This document shows positions 1 to 12,772 of a stretch of DNA of 64,000 bases, piece by piece; position 1 is the stretch's first letter, and the number at the start of each line of letters is the position of its first letter. The notes beneath the pieces were generated by a model, which was given only the letters and a program-made list of their open reading frames with translations, made no database searches and had not been told where the DNA came from. A program made the translations under genes and the position numbers. The DNA is from Eledone cirrhosa (Eukaryota): the NCBI GenBank assembly GCA_964016885.1, contig OZ024763.1, positions 27,218,001 through 27,282,000 of the forward strand. Direction: 5' to 3'.

Positions 1-206
1 GGTCTTTTGTGTAGTTTTCGCGGCGTGTGACCCTCGTAGGTTTCCCTCTTTTGGGTGAATTTTTGTTGTTTGAATATTTTTGATTTGTTTTTACACATTT
101 CTATCTTCTTCTTATAACCTTTTTACACGGCCAAAACCCACTTTGTATCGTTCTGTGCCGTCTGTAATGTTTTTCTTCATGTTAGCCCTTATGGCCAATA
201 AAGAAA
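1..206 (+). mobile_element. Probable LINE (L1/Tx1-like) 3' UTR end
   Basis: T-rich tract ending GCCCTTATGGCCAATAAAGAAA (polyadenylation signal plus short A-rich tail). No coding sequence is visible, so the clade assignment is tentative. Confidence 0.35.
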
Positions 207-222
207 CCATTATCATTGTTAT

Positions 223-388
223 GGCGGTGGATTAGCAGGGTCGGACGCCATGCTTTGACGTATATAGTTACGGCCCTTTCCATTCTGAGTTCAAATCCCG
301 CCGAGGTTAACTTTGCCTTTCATCGATAAAATAAAGTACCACTAATGCACTGCGATATTTGCTGGCCTTATGCCAAAAGTAAACAATT
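223..388 (+). mobile_element. tRNA-derived SINE, family 1
   Basis: GGCGGTGGATTAGCAG head, B-box-like GAGTTCAAATCC and core GAGGTTAACTTTGCCTTTCATC...GATAAAATAAAGTACC. At least 9 related copies occur in the window. Confidence 0.85.
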
Positions 389-568
389 ATTGTTGTTGTT
401 GTTGTTGTTGTTGTATGTCTGTCATGCAAGCCATAATCAAATCTGTGTTACTGTCAGTTTCGGCATCGTGTAAAAAAAAAGAAAATACAGTAATAAAAAG
501 AAAATATTTCTTCTTTGATCTATTGCAATTGTTGACACCTCTTATGTGCAATGTTTACAGTGTTGCGA

Positions 569-571
<3 letters not shown>

Positions 572-611
<40 letters not shown>

Positions 612-2150
612 GCAGCAGCAGCAGCAGCAACAACAGTAACATCAACAACAGTGTCAACAACAATAGTAACAATAGCAATAACACCTTCAGCACCAACACA
701 TATAACTGCATTAACAACAGTAACAACAACAACAATATCCACAACACAAACAACAACAACAACAACAACACTATCAACAGTAACAAAAATACCAGTAACA
801 ACAACACCAACAAAAGTAACAACAATACCATCAACAGTAAGAACAACAACAATAGCAACACTACCAACATTAACAACACCAATACCAACAACGACACCAA
901 TAACAACACCACCACCAACAATAACAACAACAGTAACAACAATACCATCAACAGTAAGAACAACACCAATACCAACAACAGTAACAACGACACCAATAAT
1001 AACACCAACAACAACAACGACACCAATAACAACACCACCACCAACAATAACAACAACAGTAACAACAATACCATCAACAGTAAGAACAACACCAATACCA
1101 ACAACAGTAACAACGACACCAATAATAACACCAACAACAACAACGACACCAATAACAACACCACCACCAACAATAACAACAACAGTAACAACAATACCAT
1201 CAACAGTAAGAACAACACCAATACCAACAACAGTAACAACGACACCAATAATAACACCAACAACAACAACGACACCAATAACAACACCACCACCAACAAT
1301 AACAACAACAGTAACAACAATACCATCAACAGTAAGAACAACACCAATACCAACAACAGTAACAACGACACCAATAATAACACCAACAACAACAACGACA
1401 CCAATAACAACACCACCACCAACAATAACAACAACAGTAACACCAACACCAACAATAACAACAACAGTAACAACAACACCAACAACAATAATAGTAACAA
1501 CAACACCACCACCACCAACAACAACAACAACACCCCCAACAACACCAACACCATCAACAACAACAACAACAGCACCAACAACAACAACACCACCAACACC
1601 ATCAACAACACCAACACCATCAACAACAACATCACCATCATCAGTGACAACAACACGATCAACATCAAAAACACCACCACCAGCAACACCACCAACAACA
1701 ACAACACCAACACCATCAACAACAACACCACCAACACCAACACCAACACCATCAACAACAACACCAACACCATCAACAACATCAACATCATCATCAACAA
1801 CACCAACATCATCATCAACAACAACAACACCACCACCAACAAAACACCAAAAACACCACCACCAGCAACACCACCACCAACAACAACAACACCACCAACA
1901 CCAAAAACAACAACAACAACAACAACATCACCATCATCAGTTACAACAACACGATCAACAACATCAAAAACACCTCCACCAGCAACACCACCACCGACAC
2001 CAACAACAACAACAACAACAACATCACCATCATCAGTGACAACAACACGATCAACAACATCAAAAACAACACCACCAGCAACACCACCACCAACACCAAC
2101 AACAACACCACCACTAACACCACCACCACCACCTCCACAAACACTACCTT
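572..2150. repeat. (AAC/ACC)n low-complexity tract with an internal 126-bp higher-order repeat (about 4 copies, ~893-1440)
   Basis: Direct inspection. The unit TAACAACACCACCACCAACAATAAC recurs at 901 and 1027 and onward with the same spacing. Confidence 0.9.
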
Positions 2151-2199
2151 CATTCCCAACTTTCTTTCATTCTTCAGCCAAACACCTTCATTTCCATCT

Positions 2200-2655
2200 C
2201 CCCCCGCCCTCCTCTCCTCCCATCCTCTCACTTCTTCCCTCACCTCCCATCCTCTCACTTCTCTCTCTCCCTCCTCACCTCCCATCCTCTCACTTCTCCC
2301 TCTCCTCCCTCACCTCCCATCTTCTCACTTCTCCCTCTCCTCCCTCACCTCCCATCTTCTCACTTCTCCCTCTCCTCCCTCACCTCCCATCCTCTCACTT
2401 CTCCCTCTCCTCCCTCACCTCCCATCCTCTCACTTCTCCCTCTCCTCCCTCACCTCCCATCCTCTCACTTCTCCCTCACCTCCCATCCTCTCACTTCTCC
2501 CTCTCCTCCCTCACCTCCCATCCTCTCACTTCTCCCTCTCCTCCCTCACCTCCCATCCTCTCACTTCTCCCTCTCCTCCCTCACCTCCCATCCTCTCACT
2601 TCTCCCTCTCCTCCCTCACCTCCCATCCTCTCACTTCTCTCTCTCCTCCCTCACA
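2200..2655. repeat. Pyrimidine-rich 35-bp minisatellite (CTCACCTCCCATCCTCTCACTTCTCCCTCTCCTCC)n
   Basis: About 12 tandem units with almost no G on the + strand. Confidence 0.9.
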
Positions 2656-2721
2656 GTTTCAGGCGGTTTTAGTCGGTTTCAGTGAAAAAAAAAAGAAGAG
2701 ACAAGGAACTAAACAATATAA

Positions 2722-2796
<75 letters not shown>

Positions 2797-2923
2797 GTAT
2801 ATACATATATATATGTATGTATGTATACATATATATGAATATATATACTTTATATATATATATATATATATACATATATATCTATATATATATATGTATG
2901 TATACATATATATGAATATATAT

Positions 2924-2988
<65 letters not shown>

Positions 2989-3437
2989 GTATAAATGAAT
3001 ATATATACTTTATATATATACATATATTCATATGTATATATATATATATATATTTATATATATAATACACACACACACACACACACATATATACATATAT
3101 ATATATACATACATACATAATAATATACATGTAATATATATATATGTCAATATATATATACAGGAACGAAGTCGATCCTGTCTACTCAGAGATTAGCAAG
3201 AAAGTGTTGTCCGATTAGAGATAGGATTAACGAGAAGAGCTGTGACAGCACTGTGCATGTATGTATATATATGTATGTATGTGTGCGTGCGTATAAGTGC
3301 CTGTGTGTATGTATACACATAGCTATATATGTATAAATATATATATATATATATAGTCACTTATATATTATGAAATACTGTTGGCTTCACGCTCACAATA
3401 ATTTCTATACTTTCATTTATATATATATATATATATA

Positions 3438-3613
3438 GGAAAAGGTTCTGGAAACCCGACGGCAGAGCTCAAGACGTTTCGGCGGCTATTTTTGGACTCT
3501 AGAAATAGCCGTCGGGGTCCTAAACCTTTTCCTATTACCCACTCTACTACCCAAAATATCGAGTACTGTGGTGCGTTATGGTCCACCTGGTTCCTTACCA
3601 CACTTCCTTCGTT
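3438..3613 (+). mobile_element. PLE-like family A fragment (partial fold-back) in (TA)n
   Basis: Homologous to 4680-4890, 35964-36160, 42430-42625 and 54728-54864. Flanked by TA repeats. Confidence 0.7.
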
Positions 3614-3630
3614 ATATATATATATATATA

Positions 3631-4394
3631 GCGGCGATGAATTAGTTTAGCGAGGTTTTTTATATTAAATCGTGTGTCGAAACAAATATTGTTATACTCG
3701 GGGAGGGTCATATTTGTGTAATATTGCCAGAATTAATAACAGAACACACTCACTGTTTGGTTGGTTTTCGCTTCTCGCTGTCTTTTATATCTGCGATCTA
3801 ACTTACTCGGTCCTCAATGTTGCCATTGACTGACCGACGGTCAAAAATAATACAGATACAATATAGACACAAACACATATATATATAGTTTACATAATTT
3901 ACATAAATCTTTCGTTGCACATCTGCAACATCGTCAGTGGTGTTATATTTTTTCCTCCTGTTGTGTTGTATGTCTACGCCATTTTTTTTTTTTTAATTTA
4001 ATTTTATTTAATTTTATTTATTTATTTTTTTTTAAATGGCGTAGACATACAACACAACAGGAGGAAAAAATATAACACCACTGACGATGTTGCAGATGTG
4101 CAACGAAAGATTTATGTAAATTATGTAAACTATACCAAGGGCGGTGCCCCAGCATGGCCTCAGCCGGATGGCTGAAACAGGTAAAAGGGTAAAAGAGTAT
4201 ATATATGTGTTTGTGTCTATATTGTATCTGTATTATTTTTGACCGTCGGTCAGTCAATGGCAACATTGAGGACCGAGTAAGTTAGATCGCAGATATAAAA
4301 GACAGCGAGAAGTGAAAACCAACCAAACAGTGAGTGTGTTCTGTTATTAATTCTGGCAATATTACACAAATATGACCCTCCCCAAGTATAACAA
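3631..4394. mobile_element. PLE-like family C fold-back palindrome with a hammerhead motif in each arm
   Basis: Arms ~3690-3985 and ~4034-4394 are inverted copies. CTGACGA-t-GTTGCA(gatg)TGCAAC-GAAA at 4081-4108 (+), mirrored near 3905-3940 (-). Stems I and III are weak. Confidence 0.75.
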
Positions 4395-4496
4395 TATATA
4401 TATATATATATATATATGTAAAAGGTAAACAGAAATAACACAATCGGTACAGTATTTTGAAGGAATATATTAAGTTAACGCTTGAAATAGCTGGAA

Positions 4497-4540
4497 GAGG
4501 GTCTTAACGTTTCGGAAGCTAGTCCTTCATCTGAACAAAG
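4497..4540 (-). ncRNA. Degenerate minimal hammerhead motif
   Basis: The minus strand reads gtt-CAGATGA-a-GGA(ctagct)TCC-GAAAC-GTTA-agac, with one core mismatch (U4 to A). Confidence 0.45.
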
Positions 4541-4638
4541 AATGAGAAATAAGCTAGATTGAAGGGCGGGTTGGAATTGGAAAAAATGTTTTTAGAGAAA
4601 CATAACAGGTCCATTCATGTTGACATCTCTTGGAAAAC

Positions 4639-4679
<41 letters not shown>

Positions 4680-4681
<2 letters not shown>

Positions 4682-4890
4682 CGGAGGAAATGTGGTAAGG
4701 AACCAGGTGGACCATAACGCACCAAAGTACTCAATACCTAGGGTAGTAGAGTGGGTAATAGGAACGAGTAGGACCCCGACGGCTGAGCTCAAGCCGTTCC
4801 GACGGCTAATTCTGGACTAAAAATCTTTTTAGTCCAGAATTAGCCGTCGAAACGGCTTGAGCTCAGCCGTCGGGGTCCTACTCGTTCCTA
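4680..4890 (-). mobile_element. PLE-like family A fold-back element
   Basis: Inverted repeat about 4758-4818 / 4830-4890. Contains the hammerhead 3' half GAAACGGCT-TGAGCTC-AGCCGTC-GGGG. Confidence 0.75.
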
Positions 4891-4894
4891 TATG

Positions 4895-4972
<78 letters not shown>

Positions 4973-5202
4973 CGCACACACACACACACACAATTAATAG
5001 AAGGAGAGGAATTCTACGCCATTAACACCAGCAGGATATTTAAATAAATAACCCAAACATTTAACGAAAAACGTAAAATACAAGGTCGAGGACGAATCCG
5101 TCACCTTTCGTACAAACTTTCACACGCTTCTTACATATGGTGATGAATACATATGGTGATGAATCTTCGTTAATAACCGAAAAAACACGATAGCGAATAC
5201 AT

Positions 5203-6045
5203 GTGGCCGAAATGGGGATCCCCTGTAGGGTCATTGGAGTAAGGTTACTCGATAGAGTGCGTAACTCGGAGATCAGAGAGTCGCTCCAGGTAGAACCACT
5301 ACTTCTCCGAATTGAGATATCATAGCTCCGATATTATGGGCATGTGGTTAGACTGTGTCAGGAAAGAATCGATGAACAGGTTTGTAGCTCGGAGATCAAA
5401 GAATCACTCCAGGTAGAGCCACTGCTTCTCCGAATTGAGATATCATAGCTCCGATATTATTGGTATGGGGTTAGAATGTCTCAGGAAAGAATCGATGAAC
5501 AGGTTTGTAGCTCGGAGATCAGGGAGTCACTCCAAGTAGATCCACTACTTCACCGAATTGAGATATCATAGCTCCGATATTATTGGTATGGGGTTAGAAT
5601 GTCTCAGGAAAAAAAATCGATGAACAGGTTTGTAGTTCGGAGATCAGGGAGTCAATCCAGGTAGAGCTGCTACTTTTCCGAATTGAGATATCATAGCTCC
5701 GATATTATGGGCATGTGGTTAGAATGTCTCAGGAAAGAATCGATGAACAGGTTTGTAGCTCGGAGATCAGGGAGTCACTCCAGGTAGAGCTGCTACTTTT
5801 CCGAATTGAGAGATCACAGCTCTGATACTATAGGCATGTGGTTAGAATGTCTCAGGAAGGAATCGCTGGACAGATTTTACAGGCAAAACCAACTGGCAGG
5901 AGACCCAGAGGGTAGACCCCGAGCAATATGGTTGGATAACATCCATGAGCTTGGCTGGTCACGCTTGGGGATCCAGCCGGATTAATTGGAGAGTGTTGTT
6001 TCTGACTGGACCTGCTGGAAGAAGTCTATGAGGACGCTGCCCCCA

Positions 6046-6048
<3 letters not shown>
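5203..6048 (+). mobile_element. RTE-clade LINE 3' fragment with a 5x internal ~123-bp tandem amplification
   Basis: Translates as VAEMG..RVIGVRLLDRVRNSEIRESLQVEPLLLRIEIS*LRYYGHVVR, followed by a GRRPRGRP-type motif typical of RTE C-termini. Units start at 5261, 5384, 5507, 5632 and 5755. Confidence 0.85.
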
Positions 6049-6081
<33 letters not shown>

Positions 6082-6227
6082 CTGGAAGAAATCTGGTTCG
6101 TTCAGACCTGAAGAGGGGATGGACTCCGCCAGGTTGATTTAAAATACCTACGACACACTGTTTGTCACACGGCACATTTACGACTCCACAAAGAGTTACG
6201 TGTCCCTAGATTTTTTAATGTCGTTCC

Positions 6228-6434
6228 GTACGATCGTTTCAATGTTTCACATGCCGCACGTCATGCGCGCTTGTATCACTATTCACGCTGTATGTAACTC
6301 CAGCGCCTCTACAACTCCATCAGGAGTTACCTGTCCACAGATCCATACATGTCTTAATTAATGTCATTGCATACGATCGTTTCAACGTTGTACGACATAC
6401 GCCTTGCTGTTTGTATCAAATATTTCATCAGTGG
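6228..6434 (-). ncRNA. Two tandem degenerate hammerhead-like motifs
   Basis: The minus strand of 6369-6434 reads cca-CTGATGA-aatatt...aacgtt-GAAAC-GATC-GTA-tgc. A second unit near 6228-6322 has CTGATGG...GAAACGATCGTA. Confidence 0.5.
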
Positions 6435-7019
6435 AGCAAACACCTAATATACTAAACCTAACATTAAATAGACATTAAAGAATTCTCAATACAAAATATA
6501 TTGAAAGATTAGATATATTTACGCACACTTTATTTGTTTTTTTTTTATCGAGTCCCATGGGATCAATATAATCAATAGTAAAATCCCCCACCCCAGTCAT
6601 CCCACTAAAATATGTGGCAGTTTTACTTATGCTAGTAATCAAATCCTATAGAATTCGCCATTCAATCATCTCAGGGTCGATAAAATAATGTAGTTGTCAT
6701 GTAGTGGTTGTAGTCGTGACAATAGAGGTGGTGATGTGTATGTGTATGTTATTGGTGGTTGTGGTGGCGGGTGTGATGGTGGTGGTAGTGGGGGATAAAT
6801 TTAACTGATTAAAAATTCCTCCTTCCCCACAAAGTTGTTATTTTTATGTAGGTGATAGAAATCAATACCAGAAATTAATGTTATATTTTATTCGATTTTG
6901 CTGCTGTCCACGATAAACCAGACTTAGTGTGTAATTCACTTCAAAATAAATTTGTTAATATATCTAACCATCTCTCGTTCTCCTTCACACCATATATCAT
7001 TAGAAAAGTCAGGTGCGTA

Positions 7020-7120
7020 GACAAAAGAGGGACAGAAGAGAATACGGAAAGAGAAGAGGGGTAGAAGAGAGGGGAAGAAGAGATTATGGAAAGAAGAGAG
7101 ACAAGGAGGAGAAATAAGAA

Positions 7121-7186
<66 letters not shown>

Positions 7187-7365
7187 AGAAAATAGGGAAA
7201 GAGTGGAGAGATAGAAGGAAAGATGAGAATACGGAGAGAGAGAGAGGGGTAGACGGCAGAAGGAAGAAGATGCTGTGGAAAGAGAAAAGAAAGCTAGAAG
7301 AGAATATGAGAGAGAGAGTAGAGAGGAGAGACAGGAGAGAGAAGGAAGATAGAAGGAAGACGGAA
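7020..7365. repeat. GA-rich purine tract with (GA)n
   Basis: Direct inspection. Confidence 0.9.
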
Positions 7366-7385
7366 ACTGTCTTTTATATTATATA

Positions 7386-8026
7386 CTAGCAGTGGTACCC
7401 GGCGTTGCACGGGATAAGGTATTTTGGAACGCGGGCCGCCAACAGACCTAATCGTGGAAAAACTGCATGCCTGGACAATATGTAAAGAAAATAAACCGAA
7501 TACTCTGATGGCTGGATAATCTTTAAGATTTTCGTCGATGAGGCAGGAAAATTGCAGGTTTTCACCTAATGTGGGCCCTAGGGGATCAAGAAAATGAATT
7601 TGTTTTATGTGTATAATATGCCTTGAAATTTCGGGAAAATCGGCTAGACGTAACGTCTCAAAAAAGCCCTAAAAAGCTGAAAAAATGAGACTTTTCACCT
7701 AATGCGGGCCCTAGGCCATAAAAAAGTTGGATTTTCTTTGCTCACGGTATGAAAACGAGACTGACTAATACATAGTTACAATTTCAAGGAAATCAGTCTG
7801 ACGTAACGCCTCAAAAAACCCCTAAAAAGCTGAAAAAAAATCGTTTTTTTTTCCCTAATGCGGGCCCTAGGGGATCAAAAAGTTAAATTATTGCAAAACA
7901 CTCCCTGAAACATAAGTAATAAATATGTAATGTTTGAAAAAAATTGGTTGGGTACTTCTCGAGTTTTAGGGATACAAACTCACAGACACACACACGCACA
8001 GACATCCTCAGTTTTATATATATAGA
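7386..8026 (-). mobile_element. Non-autonomous Helitron
   Basis: The minus strand starts 5'-TCTATATATATAAAA and ends with the hairpin CCCGTGCAACGCCGGG, 8 nt, then CTAG-3'. It is inserted between A and T with no TSD and carries three internal repeats of CCTAATG(C/T)GGGCCCTAGG. Confidence 0.85.
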
Positions 8027-8690
8027 TAATCATATATGTATATATATATATAATCATATATATATATATATATATATAATCATATATATACAATCATATA
8101 TATATAATCATATATATATATATAATCAACGTATATCAATATATTGTCAAATGATTGATCACCAAAAAGTCAGAACGGATAACATATCTGAAGAAAAATC
8201 AACATCGATTTATTTGCCTATTTATATATATATATATTGCTACATACCTACACACACACACGCACACACATATATATATATATAAATATATATATTTATA
8301 TATATGTATATACATATATCTCTCTATATATATATACATATATCTCTCTCTCTATATATATATACATATATATATACATATATACATATACATATATATC
8401 TATATCTATCTCTATATATATACATATATATATACATCCATATACATATACATATATATCTATCTATATATATATACATATATACATATATATATACATA
8501 TATATACATATATATCTATATATATATACATATATACATATATATCTATATCTATATATATATACATATATACATATATATACATATATATATTTATAAA
8601 TATATATACATATATTTATATTTATATATATATATATACATATATTTATATAGATATATGTATGTATATACATAAATCTCTCTCTCTCTC

Positions 8691-8764
<74 letters not shown>

Positions 8765-9076
8765 TATATGATGTTATTTGATTTCCATCATAGCTTCTGG
8801 GTTTCATTTGATATATCCATCTTCTTCATTATTTAGTATCATGTTTATTAAACAAGAGCATTATATGTTATTAATCAACTGGAAATATCGTTATTATCAT
8901 AGTCGTTATTGTTATTAGTGTCGTTGTTGTTGTTGTTGGTGGTGGTGGAGGTTGTGGTGGAGGTTGTGGTGGAGAAGGTTGTGGTTGTGGTGGTAGTGTT
9001 GTGCATGGTGTCATCAACGAAGGAAATTAATCAGAGTATATCTGTCTGTTTATCTATCTATCTGCCCATATATATG

Positions 9077-9193
<117 letters not shown>

Positions 9194-9225
9194 CTATCTC
9201 TCTCTCTATATATATATATACATGA

Positions 9226-9264
<39 letters not shown>

Positions 9265-9292
9265 GTGTATGTATACACACATACAAGATCTC

Positions 9293-9343
<51 letters not shown>

Positions 9344-9408
9344 CTTATATATATATATACATATAAAAGTATGTATTTATATATAAATTGTCTTCCCACT
9401 CTCGTTTC

Positions 9409-9444
9409 TGTTCCGATGATGGTCTCATGTCCGATACGTAAAAC
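9409..9444 (+). ncRNA. Degenerate minimal hammerhead relic
   Basis: gtt-CCGATGA-tGG(tctcatgt)CC-GATAC-GTA-aaac, with two core mismatches. Confidence 0.3.
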
Positions 9445-9777
9445 ACAGATCGTTTGTCATTTCACTGAAACATCCATCCATACATACATACATATTTAAA
9501 ACATTCCAAAAATTCTGCTTCTAATAATTTCATATACACATGTACAGATACAAAGCGTATACACATGCACACATACAACCCAAAACATACACACCCATAC
9601 AATAACATCCATACCTGCACACACACATGCATGCAGATATACATATATATCTACCTAGTTGATGTTGTGTAAATTCCAATGAGAGAGTCTTGTGTCTATG
9701 TTAGAAACCGACTCTCTCTCTATTGGTAAAACTTTGTGAAATTATAAAACCAGAAGAACATACATACATACATACAT

Positions 9778-10384
9778 GGTGGCTGCCAACTAGTTTTCGA
9801 GTACGACCACTACTTTATATCCATGTAGGAGAACCTCTACCGATGCGCTGAACGAGTGTGACTTTTTAGTCCAGCCAGCGACTTGAAAACTCTGGTACAA
9901 ACACTACACTTGTGACAATTATTGACAGATAGTGTGGGCCCATGGTACCATGCGACGACAAGTGCAGAGAGATCTCCAGATATAAAGCAATGCCTGTGCC
10001 GTGAAGCTTTTATAGTGAGCAAAGGCACTGCACAAAGCCAGTCCCACTCTCTTAACCAAGATGATATTTACCAAAAAGAAGAACAAGTCAACATCATTGG
10101 ATACCATCAGGGTTGCAGGTGTTATATCAGAATTTTCCTTCTCCTAGAATTCTGCCTTGACAAAGGCTAAGGGGTCATCTCTCCCGGTGATTTTGGATGG
10201 CCATTGACTCTTAAGAGCTCCTTTGTCCTTTGACAGGTTTTGTTTTTAGTCCTGCAGGAAGTCCAAAGTCACCCTCCTCACCAAGAAACCTTGGTGGGGT
10301 TGCCAATTTAGTCGCCAACGACCCGACCATGAGACAGGTTGTACTGGGATACATGTTACCAGTAGCCCCAACTGGTGACCTGAC
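9778..10384 (-). mobile_element. Internally deleted RTE-like retroelement, copy 1
   Basis: The minus strand encodes a terminal C2H2 finger (CSVCTRVFKSLAGLKSHTRSAH*) followed by a 3' UTR and an (ATGT)n tail. The 5' part is structured and non-coding. Confidence 0.7.
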
Positions 10385-10430
10385 ATACATACATACATAC
10401 ATACATACATACATACATACATACATACAT

Positions 10431-11065
10431 GGTGGCTGCCAACTCGTTTTCGAGTACGGCCACTACTTTACATCCATGTAGGATAACCCCTACCGAAGCG
10501 CTGAACGAGTGTGACTTTTTAGTCCAGCCAGCGACTTGAAACCTCTGGTACAAACACTACACCTGTGACAATCATTGACACATAGTGCTAGGCCCATGGT
10601 AGGACAATCATTGACACATAGTGCTGGGCCCATGTGAGGACAAGTGCAGAGAGATCTCCAGATATAAAGCAATGCCTGTGCCGTGAAGCTTTTATAGTGA
10701 GCAAAGGCACTGCACAAAGTCAGTCCCACTCTCTTAACCAAGATGATATTTACCAAAAAGAAGAACAAGTCAACATCATTGGATACCATCAGGGTTGCAG
10801 GTGTTATATCAGAATTTTCCTTCTCCTAGAATTCTGCCTTGACAAAGGCTAAGGGGTCATCTCTCCCGGTGATTTTGGATGGCCATTGACTCTTAAGAGC
10901 TCCTTTGTCCTTTGACAGGTTTTGTTTTTAGTCCTGCAGGAAGTCCAAAGTCACCCTCCTCACCAAGAAACCTTGGTGGGGTTGCCAGTTTAGTCGCCAA
11001 CGACCCGACCATGGGACAGGTTGTACTGGGATACATGTTACCAGTAGCCCCAACTGGTGACCTGA
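10431..11065 (-). mobile_element. Internally deleted RTE-like retroelement, copy 2 (tandem)
   Basis: Near-identical to 9778-10384, with a short internal duplication. Separated from it and flanked by (ACAT)n. Confidence 0.75.
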
Positions 11066-11133
11066 CATACATACATACATACATACATACATACATACAT
11101 ACATACATACATACATAAGCAATGATGAAAAGA

Positions 11134-11245
11134 TCTAGCTGTTGAAACGGCAGGAGCTCAACCGTCGGTCTCGAATTTTTCATATTACCCACTCTACTAC
11201 CCTAGGTATCGAGTACTCTGGTGGGTAATGGTCTAACTGGTTTTT
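11134..11245 (+). mobile_element. Diverged PLE-like family A fragment
   Basis: GAAACGGCAGGAGCTCAACCGTCGG...ATTACCCACTCTACTACCCTAGGTATCGAGTACT. Confidence 0.6.
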
Positions 11246-11288
11246 ACTGCATCCATTCTGATTTATACACATGTACACACATACACAC

Positions 11289-11341
<53 letters not shown>

Positions 11342-11432
11342 CATATATATACACACATATATATACATACATATATATAGACGCATATATATATATATAT
11401 AAACACATATATACACACACACTCATATATAT

Positions 11433-11490
<58 letters not shown>

Positions 11491-11880
11491 ACACATGTAT
11501 ATAACATATACATATATATATACACACACACATATATATATATATATATATCGGTCGACTTTCGTCAAATCGGACTGAGTAAACAATGTTTCCGTCGGTC
11601 TTTCCAGTTGCTAGTACTATCCATCGGTCGCAACCAATGAGTAAGCAAAACAACCACCAAAAATATGTAAATGTCATACCACGTGACGTGTGAATAACTT
11701 ATAAGTCCTTATACTGAGTGATATTCTTATTATACAGACCAGAAGCTGGCGGAAACCTGACCGTATTCTCATGGTGACGTGGCTCCACTGAGACAAAAGA
11801 AACAATCAAAGATAAATAAAACAATAAAAAAAAAAATAGAAAGCAAGGAAAAAGTTGATGTATTCTCCTATAGATATCGG

Positions 11881-11939
<59 letters not shown>

Positions 11940-11983
11940 TGTCTATATATATATGTGTGTGTGTGTATATATATGTGTATATT

Positions 11984-12026
<43 letters not shown>

Positions 12027-12057
12027 ATATATGTATATATATATATATGTGTGTGTA

Positions 12058-12113
<56 letters not shown>

Positions 12114-12232
12114 GTGTGTGTGTGTGTATACATATATATACATATATATATGTATATATATGTGTGTATATATATATATACATATATATTTATATGTATA
12201 TATATATATGTGTGTGTGTATACATATATGTT

Positions 12233-12271
<39 letters not shown>

Positions 12272-12272
12272 T

Positions 12273-12319
<47 letters not shown>

Positions 12320-12469
12320 GCAATGAAATATATAAACATACACATACACATAAATATATATATTTTATACATATATATATATATATATAAATACATTTAT
12401 ATATATAAGACCAAATGACACAGAACAATGAATACACAAAAATCAAAGTTATGTTTAAAACATTTAATC

Positions 12470-12514
12470 GCTGACAATTGTTTCTTCCAAACCTAGGCTT
12501 GGAATCTTCAGAGC
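12470..12514 (-). ncRNA. Minimal type I hammerhead ribozyme with intact core
   Basis: The minus strand reads GCT-CTGAAGA-TTCCAAGC(ctag)GTTTGGAA-GAAA-C(AATT)G-TC^AGC. This gives stem I 3 bp, stem II 8 bp, a palindromic stem III loop and a GUC cleavage triplet. Confidence 0.8.
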
Positions 12515-12683
12515 ATTATTATAACTTTGATTCTTGGGTATTCAATATTACTGCTCTGTAAAACAACTGATGTTCTTACATTGAGCTATTTATCTTACTA
12601 GTAATAAGGTAGTAATAAATTACTGACCTTCCCTGTTTATAGTTGTCTATAGTATAGTATATACATAACTATAAATAGTATCT

Positions 12684-12772
<89 letters not shown>

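Noticed and set aside
520-2998. Long ORFs of 815, 462 and 440 aa (Asn-, Thr/Pro- or Leu/Val-rich, mucin-like)
   Set aside because: Several overlapping frames are open because AAC/ACC/CT repeats lack stop codons. There is no domain, and the longest ORF runs into (TA)n.
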